A program made the position numbers and the translations under genes. A model generated the notes under the pieces. The model saw only the letters and a program-made list of their open reading frames with translations, was not told where the DNA came from and did not search any database. Of a stretch of 20,000 nt of DNA, positions 1 to 9,232 are shown piece after piece; the stretch's first letter is position 1; every line of letters starts with the position of its first letter. Source of the stretch: Albugo candida (lineage: Eukaryota). Location: contig JBDOQK010000036.1 in assembly GCA_040437565.1 (NCBI GenBank), positions 356,026 through 376,025 of the forward strand. Direction: 5' to 3'.

Positions 1-630
1 TTCATTCTCAATGCGAGGAGTTTCGATTATTTCCAATTTTGCCGTATCCGCGGTATTTAGTTGCGCTACCAGGAATTCTTCAAGCGTACGCTTGGCGCAT
101 TCTAGTCCTTGTCTGTAAATCTCGAAGCCTGACATTAAACGACAGCTCAGCGACGCATCATGCTGGCCAAGAATCAAGATCAAGTTCTCTATATTCCAGC
201 GTTGTAAAAGATGAAGCAGACGATCACCCATTCCACTCAATCCCCGAGGATCTTCGCTTACAACCTCCCAAATATCCTTTTCGTGCTCTTCACTCGATTC
301 TCCGATAGTCGTCGCCCTTGCCTTATCAGTTGAGAGCATCAATTCGTCGCATTTCATGTTGATACCATGATAGCCGGCTATATTGGCTGATCTCTCCTTT
401 CGAGTACCCGATGTGCGAATTCTTGCAGCGATATGAATCTGGTGAAACCGTCGAAAGCGGCAATGCAGCGCAGTCATTCTCTGCACCCTATCGAAATCTG
501 CTTTCGCGCTTGTGGGAACGAGAAAAGTTTGAATGAGGTGTTTTTTTTCGATACAAGTAGGACCAAAAGTAAGCAAGAGATCATCGTAATGAGTTTCGAA
601 TAGATTTTGTCTATCGTTTTTTGGAGCCAT
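1..630 (-). CDS. Divergent IMPACT/YigZ (UPF0029)-like domain protein, 5' part; runs off the left edge of the window
   Basis: Manual translation: ATG at 630, open without a stop to base 1 (210 codons: MAPKNDRQNLFETHYDDLLLTFGPTCIEKKHLIQTFLVPTSAKADF...HIAARI...SEDPRGLSGMGDRLLHLLQRWNIENLILIL...IYRQGLECAKRTLEE...). Blocks resemble IMPACT motifs (GxxITDRKSTFQAH, HNIYAYRI, DDGExxAGxRLLHLL...NVxVVV...FKHIxxCAR). Absent from the ORF track, presumably because no stop lies in the window. Confidence 0.7.
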   Translation of the reverse strand, partial: MAPKNDRQNLFETHYDDLLLTFGPTCIEKKHLIQTFLVPTSAKADFDRVQRMTALHCRFRRFHQIHIAARIRTSGTRKERSANIAGYHGINMKCDELMLSTDKARATTIGESSEEHEKDIWEVVSEDPRGLSGMGDRLLHLLQRWNIENLILILGQHDASLSCRLMSGFEIYRQGLECAKRTLEEFLVAQLNTADTAKLEIIETPRIENE

Positions 631-680
631 GATGCATGCCAACAGGGAAGAAATATTACAATTCTGTGCTGTCGGTCAAA

Positions 681-1397
681 ATGGCTCCCACGTCGAGAAA
701 TAAAAAGATTAAGTCGAAAACGAATGGAGCCATCGTACAGAAACATAAATGCCCCTCTTCGTCTCAAGTTACATATGCGAACAGTGTTACGAACGTTATG
801 GAAGCTTTCACAGCATTTAAAACGTTGCACGTCAAGAAGAAACCAAGGCAAGAACACATCGTATTTGATTTACAGGATTATCATGCAGAGGACCTCAGCT
901 CCAACTTGAGAGATACTATATTTAATTTATACGAAGACAACATGAAAGAATTGTATGTAAAGTATGCGGACGGCGGCTACGATGCGGGGCAGAAGTATGA
1001 CGAATTATTTGAAGTATCGGCTCGTTATCTTCTGGTTTGGACGCGATCGGAAGAAAATGCGTGTGCTAGAGATACTGAGATAGCTACTGCAAACTTGTGT
1101 GCCTTTGTTCATTTCCGTTTCGTTGAAGAAGATGGCGCATCGATCATGTACTTGTACGAGCTTCAAGTTTGCAAAAGTGCCCAACGAATGGGCTTGGGAA
1201 AACACCTGATGCAAGTTTTGATGCTCATTGGCAACTCTCTCAAAATGGACATGCTAGTTTTGACTGTATTCAAGGAAAACTATGCAGCAATGGATTTCTA
1301 CAAGAAGCTGAACTTTGAAATTGATGAAACCTCCCCAAGCTTTTGTGGAGATGATTCGCAGTCATATGAGATACTGAGTAGGTCATTACAGCGATAA
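681..1397 (+). CDS. NAA40: N-alpha-acetyltransferase 40 (NatD)-like GNAT acetyltransferase
   Basis: IFNLYEDNMKELY...KYDELFEVSARYLLV, AFVHFRF, YLYELQV, acetyl-CoA motif QRMGLGKHLM, LTVFKENYAAMDFY...FEIDETSP...YEILSR match the NAA40/Nat4 family. ATG 681 (AAAATGG context) is preferred; an in-frame ATG at 636 is an alternative start. Confidence 0.88.
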   Translation: MAPTSRNKKIKSKTNGAIVQKHKCPSSSQVTYANSVTNVMEAFTAFKTLHVKKKPRQEHIVFDLQDYHAEDLSSNLRDTIFNLYEDNMKELYVKYADGGYDAGQKYDELFEVSARYLLVWTRSEENACARDTEIATANLCAFVHFRFVEEDGASIMYLYELQVCKSAQRMGLGKHLMQVLMLIGNSLKMDMLVLTVFKENYAAMDFYKKLNFEIDETSPSFCGDDSQSYEILSRSLQR

Positions 1398-1545
1398 AAA
1401 CAATCTTTATTGCCGATAGCATCTGTACACTCGCGAAATATGGTACCTGTGGAATGTCAACATCTATACATTTACAGAGTAGCTATTTGACGGCCGACTT
1501 TTGCGCTTTCCTTCGAATGTCAATAAACGGATGATTCATAATGGA

Positions 1546-3114
1546 TCATCTACCTTGTTGACGTTCAGCACGAATGTGCATTGTACACATCTCTCGATTT
1601 CGAGCCAATTTTTTGCAACTCGGAACCTTACATAGCTTTCCCCGTCGATGTATTTCACAAAGCCCGCCGCCACGATCTGTGCGAACACAACCTTCAATCT
1701 TACAGCTCAAGAAACCTCCATGCGTAGCACAAAAATTGCCGCGCTGAGCGCCTTTTTGACAGCCAACCGCATGACATCGTTTTCCCCCGCCATGAGCACG
1801 ACACAATCCCCCACCTTGACTGCTTTTACTACAATCAGGAAACTTGCAACGAGCACCACCACCATGTGCTTTGCACAAACCATGTGATTGTGATGCCTTA
1901 GAGCATCCTTCATGTTTGCATTTCTTTCCGCCTCCATGACCAATGCATAAATCACCATTTTGACTCGATTTGTTGCAACCGTCTATGGTACACTTACGAC
2001 CACCACCATGTGACTTACAAAACCCACGAGATCGTACTCGGCGTTCACATCCCGCAATACTACATTTCATGGCGCCCTTATGCGATGGCGTCATTTTTGA
2101 CGATGTTGTATTTATTTTTTTGCCAGAATCATGCATCATTCCTCTCGCAAAAAATTCGACACCCCCACGAGATATAAGATGTTGACCTGACGCAGACTGG
2201 TTCAATGAATTACCGGAAATAGCGATGGAATTGAGTTCTGATGGCTGGAAAAGCTCCTGATCCATTTCTGGGATTAGTCTATCGAGAGACTCGAAAGCTC
2301 TTTCCATTTGACCTAGTTCGCATGAGCCAGACTTTGCAAATTCTGGATTACAGTTGCTGATGTTTCCTTCATGTGAGTCAGCTAAATCACGACGAAGTGA
2401 GAAGGACAGAGGTTCAAACTCGAAAGAATCATGCTGGGCTTTTCTTTGTTCGAAATGGATTGGTTCGAGGTCGTTTATACTTTTTGACCTGGAACCAAAG
2501 AGAGTTGGTGGTAGTTGAACCGAATGTTTGCTCTGATTGCCAGTACTGATCTCAAGGTTATTTCCGTAAGGAATAGGAGATCGTGATAGTGGTGGAAATG
2601 AAGTTGGTGTAATTGAGCCAAGTTGCACGCTCTGATGCCTATTAAGAGTCGGCACATTTGCTAAAGGAGTGACCCCAAAGGTCGTATTGAGGCGAGTTTT
2701 TAGTAAATTCGAAGCCGATAAATAAGTGCCGTTGTAATAAGCGCTGTTATAGGACAATGAAGAGTTATCCGCTTGGTAATCTCTTGTCGGGGAACGATTG
2801 GGTAGCGATGTATGACGTGACAGTAGCACTGGAGTGGTACTTCCTTGACCGTTGAAACCGCTGACAGAAGGCAGCTGAAAATAGTGTTGCGCATGAGAGT
2901 TTCCAGATGCATTGGATGATGCTAACAGAGCCCCAAATGTCTTTGGTGAAGTATCAGCGGCACAAGTTTTCAATGAAGAGCTCAATGAGTCGGATGTATT
3001 CCATGAGCTGATGTCATAGCTCACGTTATTATATAGCGAATGGTTCGCAGTATCAAATGGTGCTCTGCGTCGTTGTTCAGTGTTTACATCGGGAGCACTT
3101 TGTAGGCCAGACAT
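1546..3114 (-). CDS. WRKY19-like cysteine/histidine repeat protein (putative zinc-finger regulator) with a low-complexity S/N/P-rich N-terminus
   Basis: Intronless ORF, first ATG at 3114 (the track starts at TTG 3123). The C-terminus has 7 tandem ~24-aa C-x4-C-x9-C-x2-H(GGG) units, a family expanded in oomycetes and other stramenopiles. Confidence 0.88.
   Translation of the reverse strand: MSGLQSAPDVNTEQRRRAPFDTANHSLYNNVSYDISSWNTSDSLSSSLKTCAADTSPKTFGALLASSNASGNSHAQHYFQLPSVSGFNGQGSTTPVLLSRHTSLPNRSPTRDYQADNSSLSYNSAYYNGTYLSASNLLKTRLNTTFGVTPLANVPTLNRHQSVQLGSITPTSFPPLSRSPIPYGNNLEISTGNQSKHSVQLPPTLFGSRSKSINDLEPIHFEQRKAQHDSFEFEPLSFSLRRDLADSHEGNISNCNPEFAKSGSCELGQMERAFESLDRLIPEMDQELFQPSELNSIAISGNSLNQSASGQHLISRGGVEFFARGMMHDSGKKINTTSSKMTPSHKGAMKCSIAGCERRVRSRGFCKSHGGGRKCTIDGCNKSSQNGDLCIGHGGGKKCKHEGCSKASQSHGLCKAHGGGARCKFPDCSKSSQGGGLCRAHGGGKRCHAVGCQKGAQRGNFCATHGGFLSCKIEGCVRTDRGGGLCEIHRRGKLCKVPSCKKLARNREMCTMHIRAERQQGR
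1575..2064 (-). repeat. Seven ~72-nt coding repeats (C-x4-C-x9-C-x2-HGGG)
   Basis: CSIAGC...CKSHGGG / CTIDGC...CIGHGGG / CKHEGC...CKAHGGG / CKFPDC...CRAHGGG / CHAVGC...CATHGGF / CKIEGC...CEIH / CKVPSC...CTMH. Confidence 0.85.
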
Positions 3115-3955
3115 TCTATTCAACAGATATGTGTGTTGTGATCGGAATTGTCTTTGCTTTACTCAGTGTAAATATTATATCACCGTATAGGACACCGCTT
3201 TGTGCAAGTAAAAACAATAGTAATGATGCAGACAAGCTACTGAACCTCCTTGGTCACCAAATCAAGTAGGAATTTGAAGAAAGAATGCAACACACGTGGA
3301 TTATTACAAACACCCTATAAAGTCAGATGGCAACGTAATCATTTGTTCTGTCTCCTGCCTTTCACCAAAACAAGCTGGCAAGGTACCTTATACCAAATTG
3401 CGCTATCCGAATGTAGGGTTGATGCAATGCACCGCTACTGTATTCCTCCATCAAGCTCATTGATATCATGTTAACAAGGTCAAATGCGGCATATGTTGGA
3501 TTTTCCGCTCGAAAAGAAAACCTTGTACTCGTCAAAGGGAATGCTGATTGATTGCAGCGGGTCGAGTATAGAGAACTGTGAGAGTAGGCTGTCGCGATTG
3601 CACCTGTTTGCAGGAGAAATCAGGTGTATGTAGTGCAGAAGTGTGAGATGGAATGGTGACCCATCGATATATTGTGCCGATCAAATATCGGTGGAATCTA
3701 ATACATAAATACGTCAAGTACCGCGGCTCCTAGTTGTGCCTGATTCCTATAAATGACATCTCATTACACAAACCAAATCGAGTACATTACACTCGGTCTG
3801 GTGTGTGCAAAAGTAGGTTTTATGAAGTGGCTATTCTTGTCGGGATATCAGTGACGCCTGATGCAGCAGAGCTGAGCAAGGGTCGGGGTGTTTCCGTTAC
3901 GCTCATAGGGACGAGTGTCACTTGTCCCGAGAAGTCGAAATTCGCTCGTCTGAAA

Positions 3956-6900
3956 ATGATACAGCCAGCTGACGGCCCTATGGACGGGATAAACTTCCAG
4001 TTGAGCGCTAGTGATCTGATAAAGCTGATTGAAACACCGCATGAGCATTGTGGCGAACAACTTCAGAAAATCGGCGGCATTGAGGCAGTCGCACGAGCCA
4101 TTCATGTAGACTTGCGAAAAGGACTTAACACTGATGATGTAGCGGATCTCAAGCAGCGCGTGAATGCTTTTGGAAGCAATGAGATAGCTCCGCCCAAGTC
4201 GAAGGGTATTTTGGAATTAATGTGGGAGGCTCTTCAAGACATTACTATCATAGTCCTGACTTGTTCAGGGGCTTTATCGGTCGTTCTATCTTCCACAGTC
4301 GGTGATCATCCTGACACAGGCTGGATCGAAGGATTTTGCATCATTATATCAGTCATAATTGTCACGCTTGTGACGGCACTGAACGATTACCAGAAAGAAA
4401 GACAGTTTAAAGCGTTGAACGCTGTCAAAGAAGATGAAAAGATCAAAGTGCTAAGGAATGGAGTTCCTTCGGAAATCAGCAAATTGAGTCTTGTGGTCGG
4501 TGATATTTTGCGAGTTGATCTTGGTGATATTATTCCAGCCGATGGAATTGTGTTTGATGAAAAGGAGTTGAAAATGGACGAATCAGCAATGACAGGAGAG
4601 TCAGATTTACTCGCAAAGAATGCAGAACATCCATTTCTGCTGTCTGGAACCAAGGTGATGGAAGGTCTAGGAAAGATGTTGGTCGTCTGCGTGGGAGAAA
4701 ACTCGCAGGCTGGTATAATCAAGAAACTCATCATAGGAAAATCAAATGAGGATAAGAAAAAAGTCAAGCCAACATCAGAGAAAGCAGTTGTGCTCCCCAG
4801 ATTGGATAATTCGAGTAAAGCAGAAGTGCAGCCATTACACTTTGATACCTCTTCAGCAAAGATAAATCCAACAAACACTGAAACCGTTGTTCAGGTCGGT
4901 CGTCCGACATCCAATTCCGCTGATCAGAAAGAAGAGTACGACGAGCATAATTCTTTGTCACCGCTGGAGGCAAAGTTGAACAATCTTACTGTTCTTATTG
5001 GAAAGCTTGGGACTGCAGTGGCAATAATTGTATTCATCATCATGTCAATACGATACTCTGTGGATACATTTCATCGTGATAAGCATCCGTGGCATAGTAA
5101 GTATGTGTCTGATTACCTGACTTTCTTTATCGTTGCGATCACCGTGCTGGTTGTTGCAATACCGGAGGGCTTACCGTTGGCTGTGACCATCGCCTTGGCA
5201 TATTCCGTCAAGAAAATGCTACTGGACAACAATTTGGTGCGACATCTCGATGCTTGTGAAACGATGGGAAGCGCTACCACAATCTGTTCTGACAAAACTG
5301 GCACACTTACAACGAATCGTATGAGTGTGATGCAGCTTTGGCTAGGCGGGCAAAAGTTTTTCCCTGCAATTTCAGCTTCATCAGCAATGTCAGAAGCCGT
5401 CAGGGACGCTTTCTGCAACGGAATATGTGTCAACTCCACTGCTGAGATCTTACGACCAAAAGTTGCTGGTGCACAGCCAGAGCATACTGGAAATAAGACT
5501 GAATGTGCACTATTGCAGTTTGCAAGCGATTGCGGTGTCGAATATGCCAAAGTTCGAGCCAGTGCAGAAATAGTGCATATGCTCACATTCTCAAGCAAGA
5601 AGAAACGAATGTCTGTCGCAGTTAAACTAACATCTACGTCATGCCGTGTTTACACAAAGGGAGCTACTGAAGTTGTTTTGGGACTTTGCAGTAAATTGAG
5701 GCGTCTTGATGGCTCCGTTTCGAGTTTAGATGCTGGCCAGAAAGATGACATCAACAGCACTGTGATAGAAGAATTTGCCTCACAAGGATACAGAACTCTG
5801 TGTCTTTCGTATCGAGATGTGGAATGCACGGCCGAAGGAATCCGAACATGGAGTGATGATGACATTGAAAAAGATCTTACATGTATAGGAATTGTCGGTA
5901 TTGAAGATCCTGTGCGTTCCGAAGTTCCTGGTGCTATTAAGTTATGCAAAAGGGCTGGTATTCTAGTTCGAATGGTGACCGGTGATAACATATCGACTGC
6001 ACGGTCAATTGCACACAAGTGTGGTATTCTCACTCATGGGGACAACGCTACTGTTATGGAAGGGCTGGAGTTCCGTAAGCGTGTTTTGGATAGTAAGGGC
6101 AATTTAATGCAGGATGAATTCGACAAAATCTGGCCAAATTTGCGCGTTTTGGCTCGATCTTCTCCAAAAGATAAATATACTCTTGTCACGGGATTGATAC
6201 AATCAAATGTCATGCCTTATGGACCACAAATTGTGGCTGTAACGGGTGACGGGACCAATGATGCGCCTGCCTTGAAAAAAGCCAATGTCGGGTTCGCAAT
6301 GGGTATTAGTGGAACAGCAGTCGCTAAAGATGCATCCGATATCATTTTGATGGATGACAATTTCACATCAATTGTAAATGCGATCAAATGGGGAAGGAAC
6401 GTTTATGACTCAATCGCTAAATTTCTTCAGTTTCAAATGACTGTCAATATTGTTGCGATTTCACTGGCGTTCCTTGGCGCCGTAATTTTGAAACAATCTC
6501 CTCTATCAGCGGTGCAAATGTTATGGGTGAATCTCATAATGGACTCTTTTGCATCTCTTGCACTAGCAACAGAATTTCCCAATCAAGCGCTGCTTGAACG
6601 ACGTCCTTACCCTAAGACCAGACCTATCATTTCGCGTATGATGAGCAAGCATATCCTCGGACAATCTATCTACCAGCTTGTTGTTTTGTTGGTGTTAGTT
6701 TTTTGTGGTGACAATCTACTCAATATCTCATCTGGACGCTACGATGACTTGCCGGAGAACAAAAAGAAGGACCCCACGGTTCACATGACCATCATATTCA
6801 ACGTGTTTGTCTGGGCACAGCTGTTCAACGAGCTCAATTGTCGCAAGATTCACGACGAAACCAATATTTTTGAAGGAATGACTAAAAATCGCACGTATCT

Positions 6901-7105
6901 TATTGTGTGTATCTTTCAGATTGCGATGCAGTTTATTATTGTCCAGTTCACAGGAAAGTTTTTCGAGTGCAAGCCTCTCAACGGAAAACAATGGCTTATA
7001 TCGATACTATTAGGTGCGGGGGCATTGCCAGTGGGCCTCATATTACGGCTCATTTCATTCAAACACGTACCTTCGTGGATGGTGATTTGTGCGGATGCCG
7101 AATAG
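3956..7105 (+). CDS. P-type IIB Ca2+-transporting ATPase (PMCA-type)
   Basis: DESAMTGES, VVAIPEGLPLAVT, phosphorylation motif ICSDKTGTLT, KGATE, MVTGDN, AVTGDGTNDAPALKKA, WVNLIMDS, FNELNCRKIH. First ATG at 3956 (MIQPADG...), intronless, 1049 aa. Confidence 0.96.
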   Translation: MIQPADGPMDGINFQLSASDLIKLIETPHEHCGEQLQKIGGIEAVARAIHVDLRKGLNTDDVADLKQRVNAFGSNEIAPPKSKGILELMWEALQDITIIVLTCSGALSVVLSSTVGDHPDTGWIEGFCIIISVIIVTLVTALNDYQKERQFKALNAVKEDEKIKVLRNGVPSEISKLSLVVGDILRVDLGDIIPADGIVFDEKELKMDESAMTGESDLLAKNAEHPFLLSGTKVMEGLGKMLVVCVGENSQAGIIKKLIIGKSNEDKKKVKPTSEKAVVLPRLDNSSKAEVQPLHFDTSSAKINPTNTETVVQVGRPTSNSADQKEEYDEHNSLSPLEAKLNNLTVLIGKLGTAVAIIVFIIMSIRYSVDTFHRDKHPWHSKYVSDYLTFFIVAITVLVVAIPEGLPLAVTIALAYSVKKMLLDNNLVRHLDACETMGSATTICSDKTGTLTTNRMSVMQLWLGGQKFFPAISASSAMSEAVRDAFCNGICVNSTAEILRPKVAGAQPEHTGNKTECALLQFASDCGVEYAKVRASAEIVHMLTFSSKKKRMSVAVKLTSTSCRVYTKGATEVVLGLCSKLRRLDGSVSSLDAGQKDDINSTVIEEFASQGYRTLCLSYRDVECTAEGIRTWSDDDIEKDLTCIGIVGIEDPVRSEVPGAIKLCKRAGILVRMVTGDNISTARSIAHKCGILTHGDNATVMEGLEFRKRVLDSKGNLMQDEFDKIWPNLRVLARSSPKDKYTLVTGLIQSNVMPYGPQIVAVTGDGTNDAPALKKANVGFAMGISGTAVAKDASDIILMDDNFTSIVNAIKWGRNVYDSIAKFLQFQMTVNIVAISLAFLGAVILKQSPLSAVQMLWVNLIMDSFASLALATEFPNQALLERRPYPKTRPIISRMMSKHILGQSIYQLVVLLVLVFCGDNLLNISSGRYDDLPENKKKDPTVHMTIIFNVFVWAQLFNELNCRKIHDETNIFEGMTKNRTYLIVCIFQIAMQFIIVQFTGKFFECKPLNGKQWLISILLGAGALPVGLILRLISFKHVPSWMVICADAE

Positions 7106-7746
7106 CTGTAAAGGTATGGAGGTCGTTATTGGCTTTGCGAGAGAATGGATGAATAACACGTTTGATACGCTTAATGAGTATCAGGAGGTCGTCTGTAAAA
7201 GGGGTTTATCAGCTGGTATCTAATTGATTCCATCTGCTAATGGCAGTCCATCGACGCACATACTTTTGAGCCGAATTGAGAGAGCTAGTGCATTCACTCT
7301 TAGTACCTTAATTGAAGTGTACATGATCACTGCAATATGATTCATTTTCTCCATCCATCTCTTTAACGTTTGCCTGTGTAGTGATACACCTCCCTACGTG
7401 CTCATATATCGTCATTTTCGCTAGCACATCTCTACCGTATCTATTTGGAGAACTCGCTGTTATCCGGCTGAGAAACATCCGGAAGAATAATGACGCCCCT
7501 GGTCCGCGATTCTAGGACTATAGGGTTTGCGAGACACCTTGCAGGCGTTACCGACAAATGTAATAGCGGATGAATGTAGCAGAAATGATTTTCGGCTTAC
7601 TATTGTGTACATAATTCAGGCAGATACGACGTCAACATTATACATAAAAGCTGAGTCCACTTATATCTTGTTTCAGCTTTCAAACAAATCTCGAGTTGGC
7701 CAGGATAATTGCGTTGTCATTGCATCTAAGAAACCGTACTACATAT

Positions 7747-7758
7747 TATATATATATA
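7747..7758. repeat. (TA)6 microsatellite
   Basis: tatatatatata in intergenic DNA. Confidence 0.6.
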
Positions 7759-8679
7759 TTGGGCTTTCAGCATTATCCCATTCTTCTTTCTTAATGTAAG
7801 AATGTGGTTTTGATTGTGACAAACAACGAGACCTGATGTTGTCACTTGTCATGACATCAAGCGGATCAGCAGATATCACAGAGTATTGTGTTCACGCCTC
7901 TGTATCAATCAACCGTACAAGGCCTTTAATGTCCCGCTGATGGAGATTTGCTCAGCAGTTCAATATGACTAGGAAACGAGCGGCATTGATTCTAACACAA
8001 TCCTCGCACGAATCTCACATTTCCGGCTCACTGCTACACTGTGCTTTCTCTGTGCGAGATAATGGAGAGACAAAGCATCAAAGTCGATTATGATTTCACA
8101 GTCAGACACGATGAGTTAATTATCCGTCCCTAGCAGGTTCACGTAATGCTTCTTTTTTGATTTTACTGCAGCAGTTTGCCTGAAAGAAAATGTGAGCATT
8201 ATCACTATATGGTCACTTAAACAAAGAAACAGCATTGTGGTAGGGCGCTTTTGGCGCTCAGGCACATGCATAACGTCACCATCCTATCTAGCAACACAAG
8301 ATCTCCTAGCCACGCTGATACTTGCCAAGCGCAGCGAAGGTGTAAAACTGTGTCTACGTATTGTTAGCAGAGTGAAATACAAGAGGTCCTGCTAATGGGA
8401 GCAGATTGATCAAATCTTCAAGTACAACAGGAATTGTCGTGAATGTACTCGTTTAGCTGACCTGAGCAAAAGCCTTCTCAACAAAACAATGCGACGGAGA
8501 AATATGACTTGAGCGATGCTAATCATTGAAAGTCTGGATGTGGTGTTGGACGAGATTGGAGATGAATGACACGTCCATGGATAAAAAGAAACATTTCTCA
8601 TCGAGTGACACTAGAAATGCAATTTCTAAATTTTTGGTCGCCTGTACCATTTACTGAACATGGTTGAAATATGTAGGCA

Positions 8680-9232
8680 CTACTGCTTTCTCAACAGACA
8701 ATATATCCGAGAGTCATTGTGCACTAAATGCAGATGCCGTTGCTCGCCACGTAAGCGCATGAGTAAACCTCCAAAGCTAGCGTATATAGCCACATTATTG
8801 CCTCCTTCATGCTCATACTGGAATATCTTGCCGTACATTCCATAGTCATAACGATCTAACAGCGTTGCCTGAAGTAGTCATATGAGAATCCGCCTATGCT
8901 TACAAAGCGTGATAGCATGGCATACCTTTCCACTCTGGTTGTAAATTCCATCATCGGGCTTTCCTTCTAGATCAAGGGTACTTACCAGTGCAAATGTAAA
9001 TTTGTCGTTCTTTTTCAGTCGCCAGACTTCAGAATTGATGTCCAATGTTAGTTCTAATTCATACGAAACGCCTTTGCCAACCACTCGAGTGACTAGCAGT
9101 AAAATATGTGCGCAACAGGTCAAAGTGTCGTGGTACAAAAGCAAGGATAGAAATCAAACCTTTATCAAACTTCTTTCCTTCAGGATTCAGCTGACGTACT
9201 TCAAATATGTCCTCAAAAAGTTCTGTTGCCAT
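8680..9232 (-). CDS. RPB8: DNA-directed RNA polymerases I/II/III common subunit RPABC3 (RPB8), 3 exons
   Basis: Exons 9232-9160, 9092-8926, 8868-8680; GT-AG introns of 67 nt and 57 nt. Spliced 142 aa: [28 protein letters not shown]...LTLDINSEVW...ATLLDRYDYGMYGKIF...YASFGGLLMRLRG...IYCLLRKQ*, including the hallmark SFGGLLM motif. Confidence 0.96.

Noticed and set aside
39-909. Track ORFs 39-308 (+), 474-857 (-), 607-909 (+)
   Set aside because: Shadow frames overlapping the IMPACT-like and NAA40 genes.
1575-2064. Regularly spaced repeats as a CRISPR-like array
   Set aside because: Degenerate in-frame protein repeats in a eukaryotic gene; no conserved nucleotide repeat-spacer structure.
3734-3955. 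74-codon N-terminal extension of the Ca2+-ATPase
   Set aside because: Starts at TTG with no in-frame ATG before 3956 and no recognisable similarity; likely 5' UTR.
4387-6991. Several minus-strand ORFs of 70-160 aa
   Set aside because: Antisense shadows of the P-type ATPase.
7817-7846. Short inverted repeat gtgacaa...ttgtcac
   Set aside because: A 7-bp stem is expected by chance; no supporting context.
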